Positions 41,201 to 52,682 of a stretch of 64,000 nucleotides of DNA are shown here, in pieces. The number at the start of each line of letters is the position of its first letter. Position 1 is the first letter of the stretch. A model generated the notes under the pieces. That model did no database searches, was not told the origin of the DNA, and was given only the letters and a program-made list of their open reading frames with translations. The DNA is from Marsupella aquatica (lineage: Eukaryota; Plantae; Marchantiophyta), in the NCBI GenBank assembly GCA_973895155.1, contig OZ316893.1, positions 20,030,857-20,094,856 of the forward strand. The letters run 5' to 3'. A program made the position numbers and the translations under genes.

Positions 41201-43794
41201 GGCCGGGGAGGTAATCCGCTGGACGCAACACGAGGCAGGTTCCCAACTTTGCTTAAACTCGGTCCAGTTGCTCCAGCCTCCCTCAGTCCAGCAATCTCCT
41301 CATTCAATTTCTTCTCTTCCTCGGTGTCCTGCTCGTACTCAATCATCGGAGGACCCGCCAGAGTCTCCATGATATATTGATTGAACAGGGCTTCCTGAAT
41401 CCTTTCAAAATAGTTATTTACGTGGAAGGATGATGCAAACACCTTCACTATAACTGTCTTTAACAGCACAATGAAGGCAGCCACGAGAAAGCAGACCAGA
41501 ACTTTGGTGATATACCTCACCACTTTGTAATTGCCGTTCACATTGGGGCCTATGATGAAGTGCCAGGCCAGTAGAGCGAATCCAAGCCAGAGGCAAGTTT
41601 GCACACCTTTCCTCAATGCATAGACGAAGTATACCACTTTTTTCCGGAGCAGAAAGTTCTTTTCAATGATGAATACAAGCACCCAAACAATCCACCCGGA
41701 AATCAACCTCCCACAGAACACCACCAATACAAGGAGTGCCCACTTCCAGAGCAATAGACCGCCTCTATTCATTCTTCTGAGAGTAGGAACCGACAGGACA
41801 CATACCAGGCCAGCTAGGATGATTAACAGTGCTGACAATTGGAGCAACCTCCAGATACCTCTCTCTGTCTTGCGATATTTCTCAGGCAAATCCGTGACCT
41901 TCAATGGATCCTCCTCTTCCTCCTCCACTTTCTTGAGCTTGTTGCCCAGCACCTCCGACTTGAAATCCTTGGAGTTTCTCGCCTGTCCAGATTTCATCTT
42001 GCTCTCATCAATTACTCCTGAGACTTTCGTGATTTCTGGAGGTTTAGGCAGATCTGCCAGACGTGACCTTAGTCGAGAATAGGTGGGGCGGACAGCATAT
42101 TGAGCGGGGGACTTCACTACCTCCCGTTCTCCTGGGCCTCTTGGGGTTGGGGGAGAAGAAGTTGGTCGAAAGCTACTGTTTTTCCTCCACCTGACCCCTG
42201 CAGAGCTCGGAGACTCTAGCCCACCTGCGATATCGTTCTCAGGGGAGGGGCTCCTGGTAGGTGCTGCCATATTGACAGCCTCCTCCCTACTCGTAGCATA
42301 CCTTTTGTCTCCCCCTACATTGATCTTCACGTCAGGCGGCTTCAAATCCGGCGGCAATGAAAGGGAATTCGAGTGATAGTTCATTGACTGGTCTTTCAAG
42401 GATTGAACTTTCCATCTCTGAAATTCCTCCTGATTTGGTGACGTAGGAGCTCCAGGAGCTCCAGCTCTGAGGAAGGTCGGGGCTGAGCTCGTCTCAGATA
42501 GATCGAGCTGGACAAGGTCACCGTACGAGCTGTCCTTCACGGCAGAAACCCTCTCGGGACTAGGACTCGGTGTGGGAGTCAAGTCCTCCGGGAAATCACC
42601 GGAAGGTATAGTAGAAAGGTTGCCAGCTTTCCTCAGCTTCGGAAGGGGGTTCAGCTCCTCCATATCTAGGTCCAGGTCCAAACAGTCGGACCCTGACTCA
42701 CTCTGCCTCCGCAAGAACCTTGCGATCAATTTCGTGGGAGGGTCATCCTCTACGACAGTCCCCAAATCAAAGCTCTTCGATTTCCTTCTCGCTAAATTAG
42801 ACGAGTTTGGGTTCGAAGGTCCTCCTGATGTCCCCACGAATTCTATCCTCGATGATGAGCCCTGTGGTAGCGGCAAATCTTTCCTGAAATCGTAACTACC
42901 CTGGCTCTGAATCCCAACGCCATATGCACCCTGGCTCCCTCCTCCGTCGCTCTCAATCCGAGATAAATTGGTCACGTCAACTGTGGGAGGACGGGGAGGC
43001 AACCCCGGATGCCAATTCGTTGCAGTTCCAGCTCTAACTCCAGCCCCAGCTCCAGGGACAGCTCCAGCTCCGGTAGGGGTGGGTGAAGCACCTGAATCAC
43101 TACTCACAGTGCTGTGAATACGAAAATGTTCGTCATCGTTGTCTTCGTCAAAGGAGTCCAGCTCCTCGAGCACTGGTTCGTGCGGAGACGAGGGTGGCTC
43201 ACTTATTACAAGCTCGGCTGCAGGTTGAGATGACCCGCGGGCAGGAGCAGGCCCACCTGAGCGGACAACATTCAGGCTCGCGCCATTCGAGGAGGGTCCT
43301 GCCCTTGGTGTGGAGGAATCATCAATCCTCACGACCACTTCGTCGCCACCACGATGAACAAGAATGCTGCTACTCGCTCCAGCAGTTCCTCCGAAAGTGC
43401 TACTCCGGTGGAGACTCGAGAATATTCTTCCAGCAGGAGCTGCCGAGTGTGCACTACAGTCGGCGGTCGGCGGCGGTTGCTCCTCCTCCTCTATCTGCTC
43501 GTAATCATATTGGCTGCCTAGCTTCGTGAAAGCCTTCTTTCTACTGCTACCGAAGGTCGAGAGCTTTTGCAGACTGATTCGGATCGTCGACGATCCACCC
43601 TCTGTCGACTTCTCTGTCGTCGTCAAAGTCGTAGCGGCAGAGCTGATAGTATCATTACTGCTGCCATTCGTATGGTCGTACGGAGTTAGGGTCCTGCTGA
43701 TGAAATACGAAGAAGGTGAAGAAGAAACAGAGCTGCTGGCGAAATCTCCTTGCGGTTCCATGTGCACTTTTCTATCTGTATACGCTCTCCCCAT
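38271..43794 (-). CDS. MSL: Mechanosensitive channel of small conductance-like protein (MSL4-10 clade), ~1264 aa
   Basis: Phase-consistent exons: 43794-40868, 40718-40595, 39527-39234, 38978-38776, 38517-38271. Motifs DPPTKLIARFL, FLLRKKVVYFVYALRK, ASSFHVNNYFERIQEALF, SAWNMKRL, ERRALAYSLNDTKTAV, FLFIMHPFDVGDRC, VEEMNILTTVFL, PNSVLATKPIQNFYRSP. An alternative start is the Met at 43761. Confidence 0.95.
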
Positions 43795-45811
43795 GCAAGG
43801 GAAGGGCCTGAGTACGCGTCGTCCCCAGTAGCCCTTCCCGACGATTTTTTAATACTATTTGATCCAATCTGACTTTCCTGCATGAACAGAACGACAGACA
43901 ACTAGAAGATGGTCACAAAATAATTACGTTCCGATGCACTAGCCGCAATTTCGCAATACTGTCAAGGTTCCCCGTATACGGGCTCAACTACAATCCCATC
44001 TCCATGTAGACAAAGGAGTTTTCAGGGCAGGTATTGCACTGCGTTAAGTAAAATGAGCACCGCACACTTACTCGAGGAATTGTAAATTGGCTCATACTGT
44101 GGAGCGGCGTTTGTTAGAATCGTTTGTTCTAGCTCCCCGACTAGAATGAGACCAAGAGGATGGAAGCTCTTTAACGTGCTGGGCGTGCAGAACAGGAAAA
44201 CACAGGAAAATGCTTTTCGAAGAAAGGAAGAGTAGCGTCATCGTTTGCCGATCTAACATTCGTCAGAATGTCTGATCAACATGCAACATATGCGAGCGTA
44301 GTGCAGACCTGGCGGCTTTCACTAGTCCATGCAGCCCAATATGGAGAACCCACTGTAACAGTCACCAGTGTGCAACTAAGAACGCTATTTTCAGAATGTT
44401 ATCTCGTTTGGTTCATGCTATCGAAACGTCTGATCGAATTCTGTCATGCCAAAGATCACCTACGAATTCGACATCTGTGAAATTGAGCGTTTGATTCCTG
44501 GATCTTTCACTACAAATCTACCGCAGAAGTGCAACAATGATGAAAATGTTTACCACATACAAACCAGTTACCTGTAGTCCAATGGCGCTAATCTATGAAT
44601 CGCGTTTAGAATGGCTCTAATCCAAGAATCGCGTTTAGAACTGAACATCCGTGTCCCGACTTTATTACTCACCTCGAAACACCTCGAAAGGTATCCCCTG
44701 TCTATCAGTGCAGTACTCGCAGCTGAAGGACGTCCACCTCGTTGTTCTCTCTCTTGCAATGCAGAAAATTTCTTCTTCCACTGCTGCTGTTCAAATGGAA
44801 GAATTCTTACACCACATTTGCGCTCCTTCTTGTTTTGCAGATTTCCCTAACGCTTTCTAACTTCTTTCAATGTGGGGCCGGAAGGTCTGGAATCGCTAAT
44901 AAATACAACATGTGCAATGCTTTCTTGAGCGGATGAGTATTGTAACGAACACCGGTCTGCTGCGTCTTCGAAACCCGGATTCTTGCTCACCACCTCGCCG
45001 ACTTTACTCTTTCAAACCGAGAACAAATCTCGGTGCAATGCCTACTCCCTCCCAAGTTGACAGCAAATGCCCAACTTATACGACTGGCTTGTCGACGACA
45101 TTCGTCCGACTCTACGAGTCCTGGCTGTGCCTCGTTCTCCCCGCTCCAGCTCGTTTTCCTACTCGGGGTATCACTGTCGACAGTTGTGACTGGTAATGCT
45201 GCGGTTCCATCATTTCCTTCAATCGGCAGCAATCCACCTGGATAGGTGTCCACCAAACCCACACATCGGCGTCTCTGTCTGCCCTCACGGGCCAGGAACG
45301 GACGATTCTCCTCTGTGGCAATCAGCGGCAATCACGGCTCGCCGTGTCTCCATTCCAATTCCCTTTCAAAGTCTCACACACACATCTGCAGGTCACGGGA
45401 CAAAATCATCGTCGTCATCATGCCATTTGTCTGAAAATCGAATTAGTGATGGGTGATTTTGGAAAGAGAGGAAGAAGACGCCAAAACGGCGGAGACTTGA
45501 GTAATTGAATCGGAGGCTGATTGATGAGAGACAGAAGCTCCATTTCTCGTTGAATCGGATTGGAGCCATAGGGCGGCGTAAGAAATGGACAAATGGTGAA
45601 TTCCTTTCCGACCAGAATGACAATTCGTTCAATCATATGTCACCACGGTGACACCACGCCATACTATCCGGCACCAACGTTGTGCATTGCATGTGAAATA
45701 TGACTGCTGCCCAGTATGGACGTTGTGAACTGTAAAGAAGATTTTGGGTGTGGGTGCCTGTACATTCTATATAGGCACGCGTAAGGTAACACTTTGCTGG
45801 AACCAAACAGA

Positions 45812-46036
45812 CTTTTTTCTCTGTGTATTTTTGAGTGCATGGATTTTCAATTAGGCATCCCTTCTTTTGAAACAAACGAAAAATAAATTTTTGAGTGCAG
45901 TTTTGAGTGCACATACACTTTTTCTCTGTGTATTTTGGAGTGCATTGATATTGAACTAAACATCCCTTGTTTTGAAAAAAAAACTAAACTAAATTTTTGA
46001 GTGCATTGATTTTCAATTAAGCATCCCTTCTTTTGA
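45812..46036. repeat. Degenerate tandem repeat with TTTT(T/G)GAGTGCA cores
   Basis: TTTTCTCTGTGTATTTT-GAGTGCAT and GATTTTCAATTA-GCATCCCTTCTTTTGA each recur. Confidence 0.7.
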
Positions 46037-47059
46037 GGGGGGACAAGAAAAAGAAAGGAGGGCATAGTAAAATACAAATATAGTTGTATCATATACAAGA
46101 AAATAATAAATTGTATGAAAGATCAGAATATTTGTTTCTAAATTGTTTCATGTTTTTGGTTAATTTCATAGCAACCACTTTTTTGTTTGGCGCTTCAATT
46201 TCAACTTCTAGATTCATTTTTTTCTTTGTGTTATCAAGAAATCACTCAGGTTTTTATTTATGTGAATGTCCTAGTTTGTTTGGTGGCATTACATCTCATA
46301 ATGCCCTCTGTCCAGGACCTTATCCTATTCACTGAATATAAGTGCAAGCTAACCATGTTGTCCCCTAAACTTACAAGAATTTTCTTTGTAAATGCCCCCA
46401 AAAAATGTAAGTGCAGATCTACCCTCACAAAACAAGAAAATATTGGCACTAAATGACAAAAACATAAGTGCATTTCCTGTTGTGAGAAGTGGTTGCACCA
46501 GCAATGGTTTGATACATCCTATAAGGGAGTCTCAAAGCTGCACATTCCCAAGAATTTTGGGGTCAGCCTTGATGGAAAAATGTGTCCTCGATCATGACCA
46601 AAACTGGGATTTCAGCCAAATTTGCCCTTGTTCGGGTTTCTCATTGAGACGGGTCACACCACCGCCCCCCCCCCCCCCCCCGGCCCCCTTCCCCTCGGAT
46701 AAAATAGCACACATCATCAATTTTCAATGGGTGCCAACTATTCTTGAAGGGTGCCAATGCATTTCATGCAGAGCAATTCTTTGTGCGGATGTTGGTGTGC
46801 CGACCACCCAAGTTACTAACGGTCATGGTTTGCGGGAATCCCAAATTTTTGATCCGTGACCAGCCCACAACATTTTGGTAGTCGGACACCTCCAGGAAAC
46901 AACTACAGTAGTGTGAGGCTCCCTCTTGGGTCTAGGGGCTTTGAGTATTGAGACGCCCCTGCTATGTCTAGGGGCTTTGAGATCCTATGTGTCCTGGTTG
47001 GGCGCTTTCTGTTCTGCAGCAGCATTATAAATTATATAGTTGGGTCTATGGGCTTGGAC

Positions 47060-47344
47060 CAGCTTATTTTTTAAGTGCCAATTTTAGCCAAATTCCACCT
47101 CCCCAAAAAACTTTAGCCACTTTTGGCTAAGATCTGGTATATTTTTCTGACACCATTAGCCACTCTTCCACCAAATCATTGACCCCATTAGCCAGAATCT
47201 AACACTCTCCTTAAATCTAGGGGTATCTGACGATCACAATTTAATTTAATAAAATTTGACAGAGAATATTTTTAGAATCTACTCCCTCAAAGAAAACATT
47301 CGCCACACTGGCTAAAAATTAAAAAAACCTTTAAAAATACGCTG
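47060..47344. mobile_element. hAT-type MITE (285 bp) with a perfect 8-bp TSD
   Basis: TIRs CAGCTTATTTTTTAAG and CTTTAAAAATACGCTG; sub-terminal AATTTTAGCCA/TGGCTAAAAATT; TSD GCTTGGAC at 47052-47059 and 47345-47352. Confidence 0.88.
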
Positions 47345-47983
47345 GCTTGGACTCTTGGAGATCCTCTGTGCAGGGTTTTAGCCTTTTAGGCCCCTTTCTG
47401 TTCTGTGGCAGCATTTTAAATTGTAGTGTTAAAGCTCGTTGCAACCCGCCAAGGCTTTCCTTCTCTCCGCATTGCGCGTGATATTACTGTAGAGAGGTCC
47501 GCCGTTACCCCTAATCTAGCCGACGCCAAAAGGCAGCAGGACAGAGTCGAAGGGCGAGCGCTACATTGGCGGCACGCCATTCGCGCGTGGCACGGAATGT
47601 CAAAGGCCGGACGCTGATGAAATAAAAGTCCTTAATTAATATTAAAGAGCGATCAACCCTAGGGCTGCGTAGGGTCTCGTACCTTATGAAGGGACGACAG
47701 GCAGGAGTCCGTCCTGAGTGACGGGTTGTCACAGCAGCGTGGGGACAGCAGGGCCACTTGGCGGCTTGGCACAAATCAACTTGCCCTCCCGCCTCTTTAG
47801 CGAGGTTCTGGTTTGGAGCTACAGAAGTACACGACTGTAGTCAGAGCTGAGCCAACCAGGTGGACAATGAAATGATACGGCCGATGAAAATGATGGCGAC
47901 GAGAAACTCCCCTTTATGTTACTGTACATTCGTCTGTCCATGTAAAGCAACGTACAGTGTCTCTCTCTAAGTGCAAAACTTCA

Positions 47984-48326
47984 CCAGGCCCGTGACCAAA
48001 GGGAGTTTGGTCACATTGGGTTCAACAAAGTGAAAAAAACAAAGAAATGAACTAAACAAAAAAGACAAATCATTAAATGTTCCATTGTCTCTTTCCTCTG
48101 CTTAAGTAAGCCATCATGATCTTGCCTAAGCAATCATGATCTTGCCTAAATACAAATATAATATACAATACATTAGATTAGATTTTGTTTTGATCTCTTT
48201 AGAACAAGGTAATTATATAGAAATCCAGTATTGCAGTCCAGGATTGCAGTAAGTATATATTTTTGACAAAAGTATCTTGGGGACTTTTTTTGGACCCCAT
48301 CACATAACTGAACATAGTTCAGCCAA
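47984..48326 (-). mobile_element. Non-autonomous Helitron-like element (Helentron/Helitron2-type architecture), copy 1
   Basis: Similar along its whole length to 63420-63746. A 9-bp hairpin GTGACCAAA/TTTGGTCAC (47992-48014) precedes the 3' CTGG end. 5' end TTGGCTGAAC-TAT-GTTCAGTT forms a hairpin. A|T flanks, no TSD. Confidence 0.75.
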
Positions 48327-48838
48327 TGAGTGCAAATATTGGGTAACTGCAAGGCAACCGTTCTTCCCCTTTTTTCCTAAGGAGTTTACACTTTCACATT
48401 TTGTAAGTAGGTTATAAACAATTTGCTAAATGGAATAGGTGCAAACCCTTGATAAGTGTACATTAACACTTATCAGTAAGCACAAAATTCCATCTGCTTA
48501 CACTTACTGATTAGTGCAGGTCATTAATTGGTCGAGCATACTAAATGCACTTATGGGGTAGCGGATCAGGTTTTAGGGCAGGAATGTACAATTTAAGGTG
48601 CAGTCGTGAGAATGTTCACTGGAAAAGGGGGCCGTTGCGATGGAGACACTGTAGCTCTAATCAGCATTATCATGAAGTGCAAACCTGCATCAAGTCCAAA
48701 CCAGGTGCTTCTTCGAGGGACTTATTAGAGAGACTGTATTGTCATCCAGGCTCGCAAATAAAATAAATAATTATTAAAATTTGGGATTCGATTGATGAAA
48801 GGTTATTGGGTCCTTGTGAAACCTTGGAGGTATTTTTC

Positions 48839-48955
48839 ATGTAATTTTTTAGAATATTCTACATATCCTGATGCAAACATTGACTTTCCTTGAAAGCAAT
48901 TTTTATGTAATTTTTTAGAATATTCTACATATCCTGATGCAAACATTGACTTTCC
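48839..48955. repeat. Tandem duplication, 66-bp period
   Basis: ATGTAATTTTTTAGAATATTCTACATATCCTGATGCAAACATTGACTTTCC occurs twice. Confidence 0.9.
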
Positions 48956-50475
48956 AGTGCATACATAGTTTCAAAATCAAAATAGGGCATATTCTGGAAA
49001 AGCAACCTCTGGCTTCGGTCTTGCACAACCAGGGATGGCACTACTGTAGTGTCACTGTAAACTAGTGCCATGAGTAGAGTAAAAGGAGCTAAACCCTCAG
49101 ATAGGAGCTTGAAGAACATGCCCTTGAACCAAGATGACATGGGTTTAGTGTATAAACAAATCCATGCAATGAGTGTCTCTAAATTAATCTAAACACTATC
49201 TTATGCAATCACCCTCTCTCTTCTCATAGTCAGTTTATGAAGTGTTAATATAGTTGGAAGGTCTCCCCTCCCCGTACCGTCCTTTTATCTAGCCATCTCA
49301 CTTCTGCTCCACACCATTTTTGCTCAACACCACTCATAATCAACAAAACTGTGCAACACTGGCATTGGGCAATGGACAAGTAATGTTGTAAAGTTGATTT
49401 ATTTGATTTCTCCTTGCTCTATAACCTAGAGACATCAAGTTGCCTCAAAAGGGCCATGGATGAGTAATTTTAATACCACGTGTCAAAGAATAACAACTCC
49501 GAACTGGGAGACATGATCCCAAAGGCAAAAAACCCAATATAGGGGGCAAAAGAAAACTAAGGGGATGACCCCAAAGGCAACAAAGAAGCCCCACCAGCCC
49601 AAGAGACCAAAACAAACCGAAAAGAACAACAAGCCAACAAAAGGAAAGAGAAAGACTAAAACCTTACTCAGTGGAGAACCTAAATGCCTGGTAGAGCTAG
49701 TAAACTGCAAAGGAGGGTCACACAAAGGGTACATCATTATTTGAGTCTTCCTTGCACTAGAACCCCAACACATCAAGTTACCTTAAAGGGGTCAACAATT
49801 AGACCCTGGGACTTACTCGCTAAGCTGCTGGGCCCACAGTATGAGCTGGTTTAAGGTGCCACCATACCCTCAGTCATCAATGTTTTAGTTGGGCCTGCCA
49901 CCATCGCCTCACGCTGCACTCGTCCCATGTACTAACAACTCTGCCATCGCTCCCTTGACTGACCAAATTCCACACAGTCGATCTAGATTTGTTACTGCAG
50001 GAGTGCAGGGCGAGCTTCTCAGCCTGTCGCCCTGCAAGGATCTCACAGAGTCACAGGGGAGGGGATCACATAAAGCAACGGAGAATGCTCATCATATGGT
50101 ACCAACAGTACATAGTACCAGGAGAACTTAGAGTTTGGATTAGCGCAGTGCCCAGACATTCCTGTAGTTTCATCGCGAAAACTTATTTTAACTTGCTTTC
50201 AGACTGTCACAAGGGTTTTAATTTCTCTAGGCCAATTTCTGAGTGTAATTTTTCATATACATAGTTGACACCAAGCCAAACATTTGACATTACCTATTTC
50301 AACACCAAACATGTTTCCAGTGCACTTGGCCTTAATCAATTTTGGGGGCTGTTGTGTCTGGAATATATTATTTTCTTGCAACAGTCTGAAACTGCCCAAT
50401 GTTTTGGATAGTCACTTTACTGGGTGCCAAAAATAAAGTTGAATAAATTGTTAAACCTGATTATCACTGAAATGA

Positions 50476-50845
50476 TGCTCCCGTGGACCACAACATTTGT
50501 CTTCTGAAACCCCCATGGACCACATTTCCCAAAATTTGAGTTTAATTGTAATAACTTGAGATTCATAAATTCAAATATTTTCTAATTTTGAGTATGTGCT
50601 AGAGGAGTAGGTAAAGCTACACTTTGATCAAAGTGATAGTGAATGTTTGGCCACTTTGGTTTGAATTATTCATCATGGAATGCGTAGGGGTAAAGTCTAT
50701 TAGATTAATTTTCATTGTCTTAATATGTCTTCTACTTCTCTAGTTGCCCTTGCAGATGAAAAACTAGAAATTATTCTAAGACTCAGAATCATCAAGTTAT
50801 AATCCCAAAATTTCCATGGACACCAAAATGTGGTCCATGGGAGCA
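50476..50845. mobile_element. Fold-back/MITE-like inverted-repeat element
   Basis: Outer pair TGCTCCCGTGGACCACA vs TGTGGTCCATGGGAGCA; nested inverted pairs ATAACTTGAGATTC/GAATCATCAAGTTAT and TTTCTAATTTT/AAAACTAGAAA. Confidence 0.6.
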
Positions 50846-50895
50846 CGGTCTCCAACATGGTGGTCCAACCAAGCTTCACTTTCGATTCTTACTAG

Positions 50896-51079
50896 GGTAT
50901 TGTAGGTAATTTTCATGACTTTGGAAGAGACTAATTTTGTCATGTGCTAAGTATGATATTACTAAGTACAATCACTTGCTAAGTATGGTATTGTAGGTAA
51001 TTTTCACTGACTTTGGAAGAGACTAATTTTGTCATGTGCTAAATATGATATTACTTAGGACAATCACTTGCTAAGTATG
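50896..51079. repeat. Tandem duplication, 91-bp unit x2
   Basis: GGTATTGTAGGTAATTTTCA...CAATCACTTGCTAAGTAT starts at 50896 and at 50987. Confidence 0.9.
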
Positions 51080-52682
51080 ACTTGTTCCGCACAATCCCAC
51101 ATCACTCGCGAAGTATAACCTTGTTAAGTATAGTCAGCCTTCTCTTTAAGGCACTCTCACATAGGAAACCCTTGGACTCCCAAAGAGATAAGTTTACTCC
51201 CCAAAAATCGTAGCTATTTTTATTTATGAGTACTTTCCTGATCTCCGTATTCACTATTTTTCTGTCACCAAAAAAATACTAAAATACAAACCTGTGTGTG
51301 AAGCAACCCCCTCTGTATAATAAACTTAAGTTGTTGGTAAGGTTAAGCACAGCTTGACTGTAATTTTTTGATATAGGTGGAAAATCACCATGAACCATGC
51401 ATTGTAGTGCAGAGTACCCGGCAGAGTACCTCAAACTCTTTCTTCTCCTATTCTTGTGTACCTTTTGGTGCGTTTCAAATGCAACCTGCATAGAATTAGG
51501 GACTCCTAGAAATTCAGAATCAAAAAACGATTGTTACGTCATTTCCAGCGCAATGTGTGTCATTGCAGACACCCCTTCACCTGTCTTGCCAAAATTTGAT
51601 CTTCCGTTTTGGCGAGAAAAGGCAGACAGGGAATGAACTTCACTCATCAGTGAGTGTCCCAAACAAGGGGTGAATAGATACAAAAAATAGGGATCAAGCT
51701 AGAAACACAAAGTCGGGCACTCTCAAAAGAGAGAGGAGCCACCCAACAGATGGAAAGGAGGCACAAGTTGAGATCACTATACCGTGTCAAGACAAGAAAG
51801 CAGAAGGCTCTCCTGCTGAAATCCAAATCCGTGAGACTCTTAGCAGGTTTGTGGCATGTAATGAAAGCATTCAGAGGTGGTCCATGTCATAAACTCTTTC
51901 TCCTTCACTCAAGAATCCATAAGATGAATGCCCAGCCAAGAACAAAACTGAGTAGTCTTGATCCACATGCTACACTGTCCATTGAATTTCTGCATACCCT
52001 ATGTTCACAGAATCCCAGGACACGGCTGGACACTGTTTATTTTCTTTAGTAGGCGACACAAGGACCCTGTGCGCTCATTCTCGAAACGAAGAAGTGCCAT
52101 ACTAAAGACTTTTACAAAGACTGCAGTCAGGTGTACTAAGGATCTCCTACTAAGGGCCACAATTGTAACAATGCACACAATTGGCCTCCAAATAATGAAG
52201 AGCTGAGTATGCTGCTCTCGACAGCCGCAGTCTGCACCAAAACATTATGTTTACCATGACTTTGAGACAACTCTAATTTGCTCACAGAAATTTTGGTCTC
52301 ACCACTTCAACCATGTGTTAGAATCAACCTTCGCTATAGTCTAAAATTTCTCACGAAAGTTCTAGACTAACAACTGCATTCATGAAGGAGTATATGCCAA
52401 GGTCCAAGATTACTGCAGATAGCTGTTTGGAAAGTGACCTGGGTCTCGATTTACTCCAAAGAATAATTTACACCCGGTTGCCCCAACTGAGAACCACCAG
52501 ACTTACGACTCCCAAGCGGGTGTAGCTCTTATTCCCAGGGGAGCATTTTGTGCTCCAATTGCTCGCAGTGTAAAGCGTAAGTAGGAGTTTCATTGAGATG
52601 GCAACGCGGGCAGGAACCTCTACAAAATAGCAATGAGCTTGTTGCACAAAGTGAGCAAGGGCATATACAGTGAAGCGGGCCA

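Noticed and set aside
45317-45425. C/D-box-like arrangement (TGGC-ATGATGA...CTGA-TTGCCA, minus strand)
   Set aside because: No convincing rRNA-complementary guide (only a mismatched likeness to an 18S segment); lies in the presumed MSL leader with GAT/GAC repeats; likely chance.
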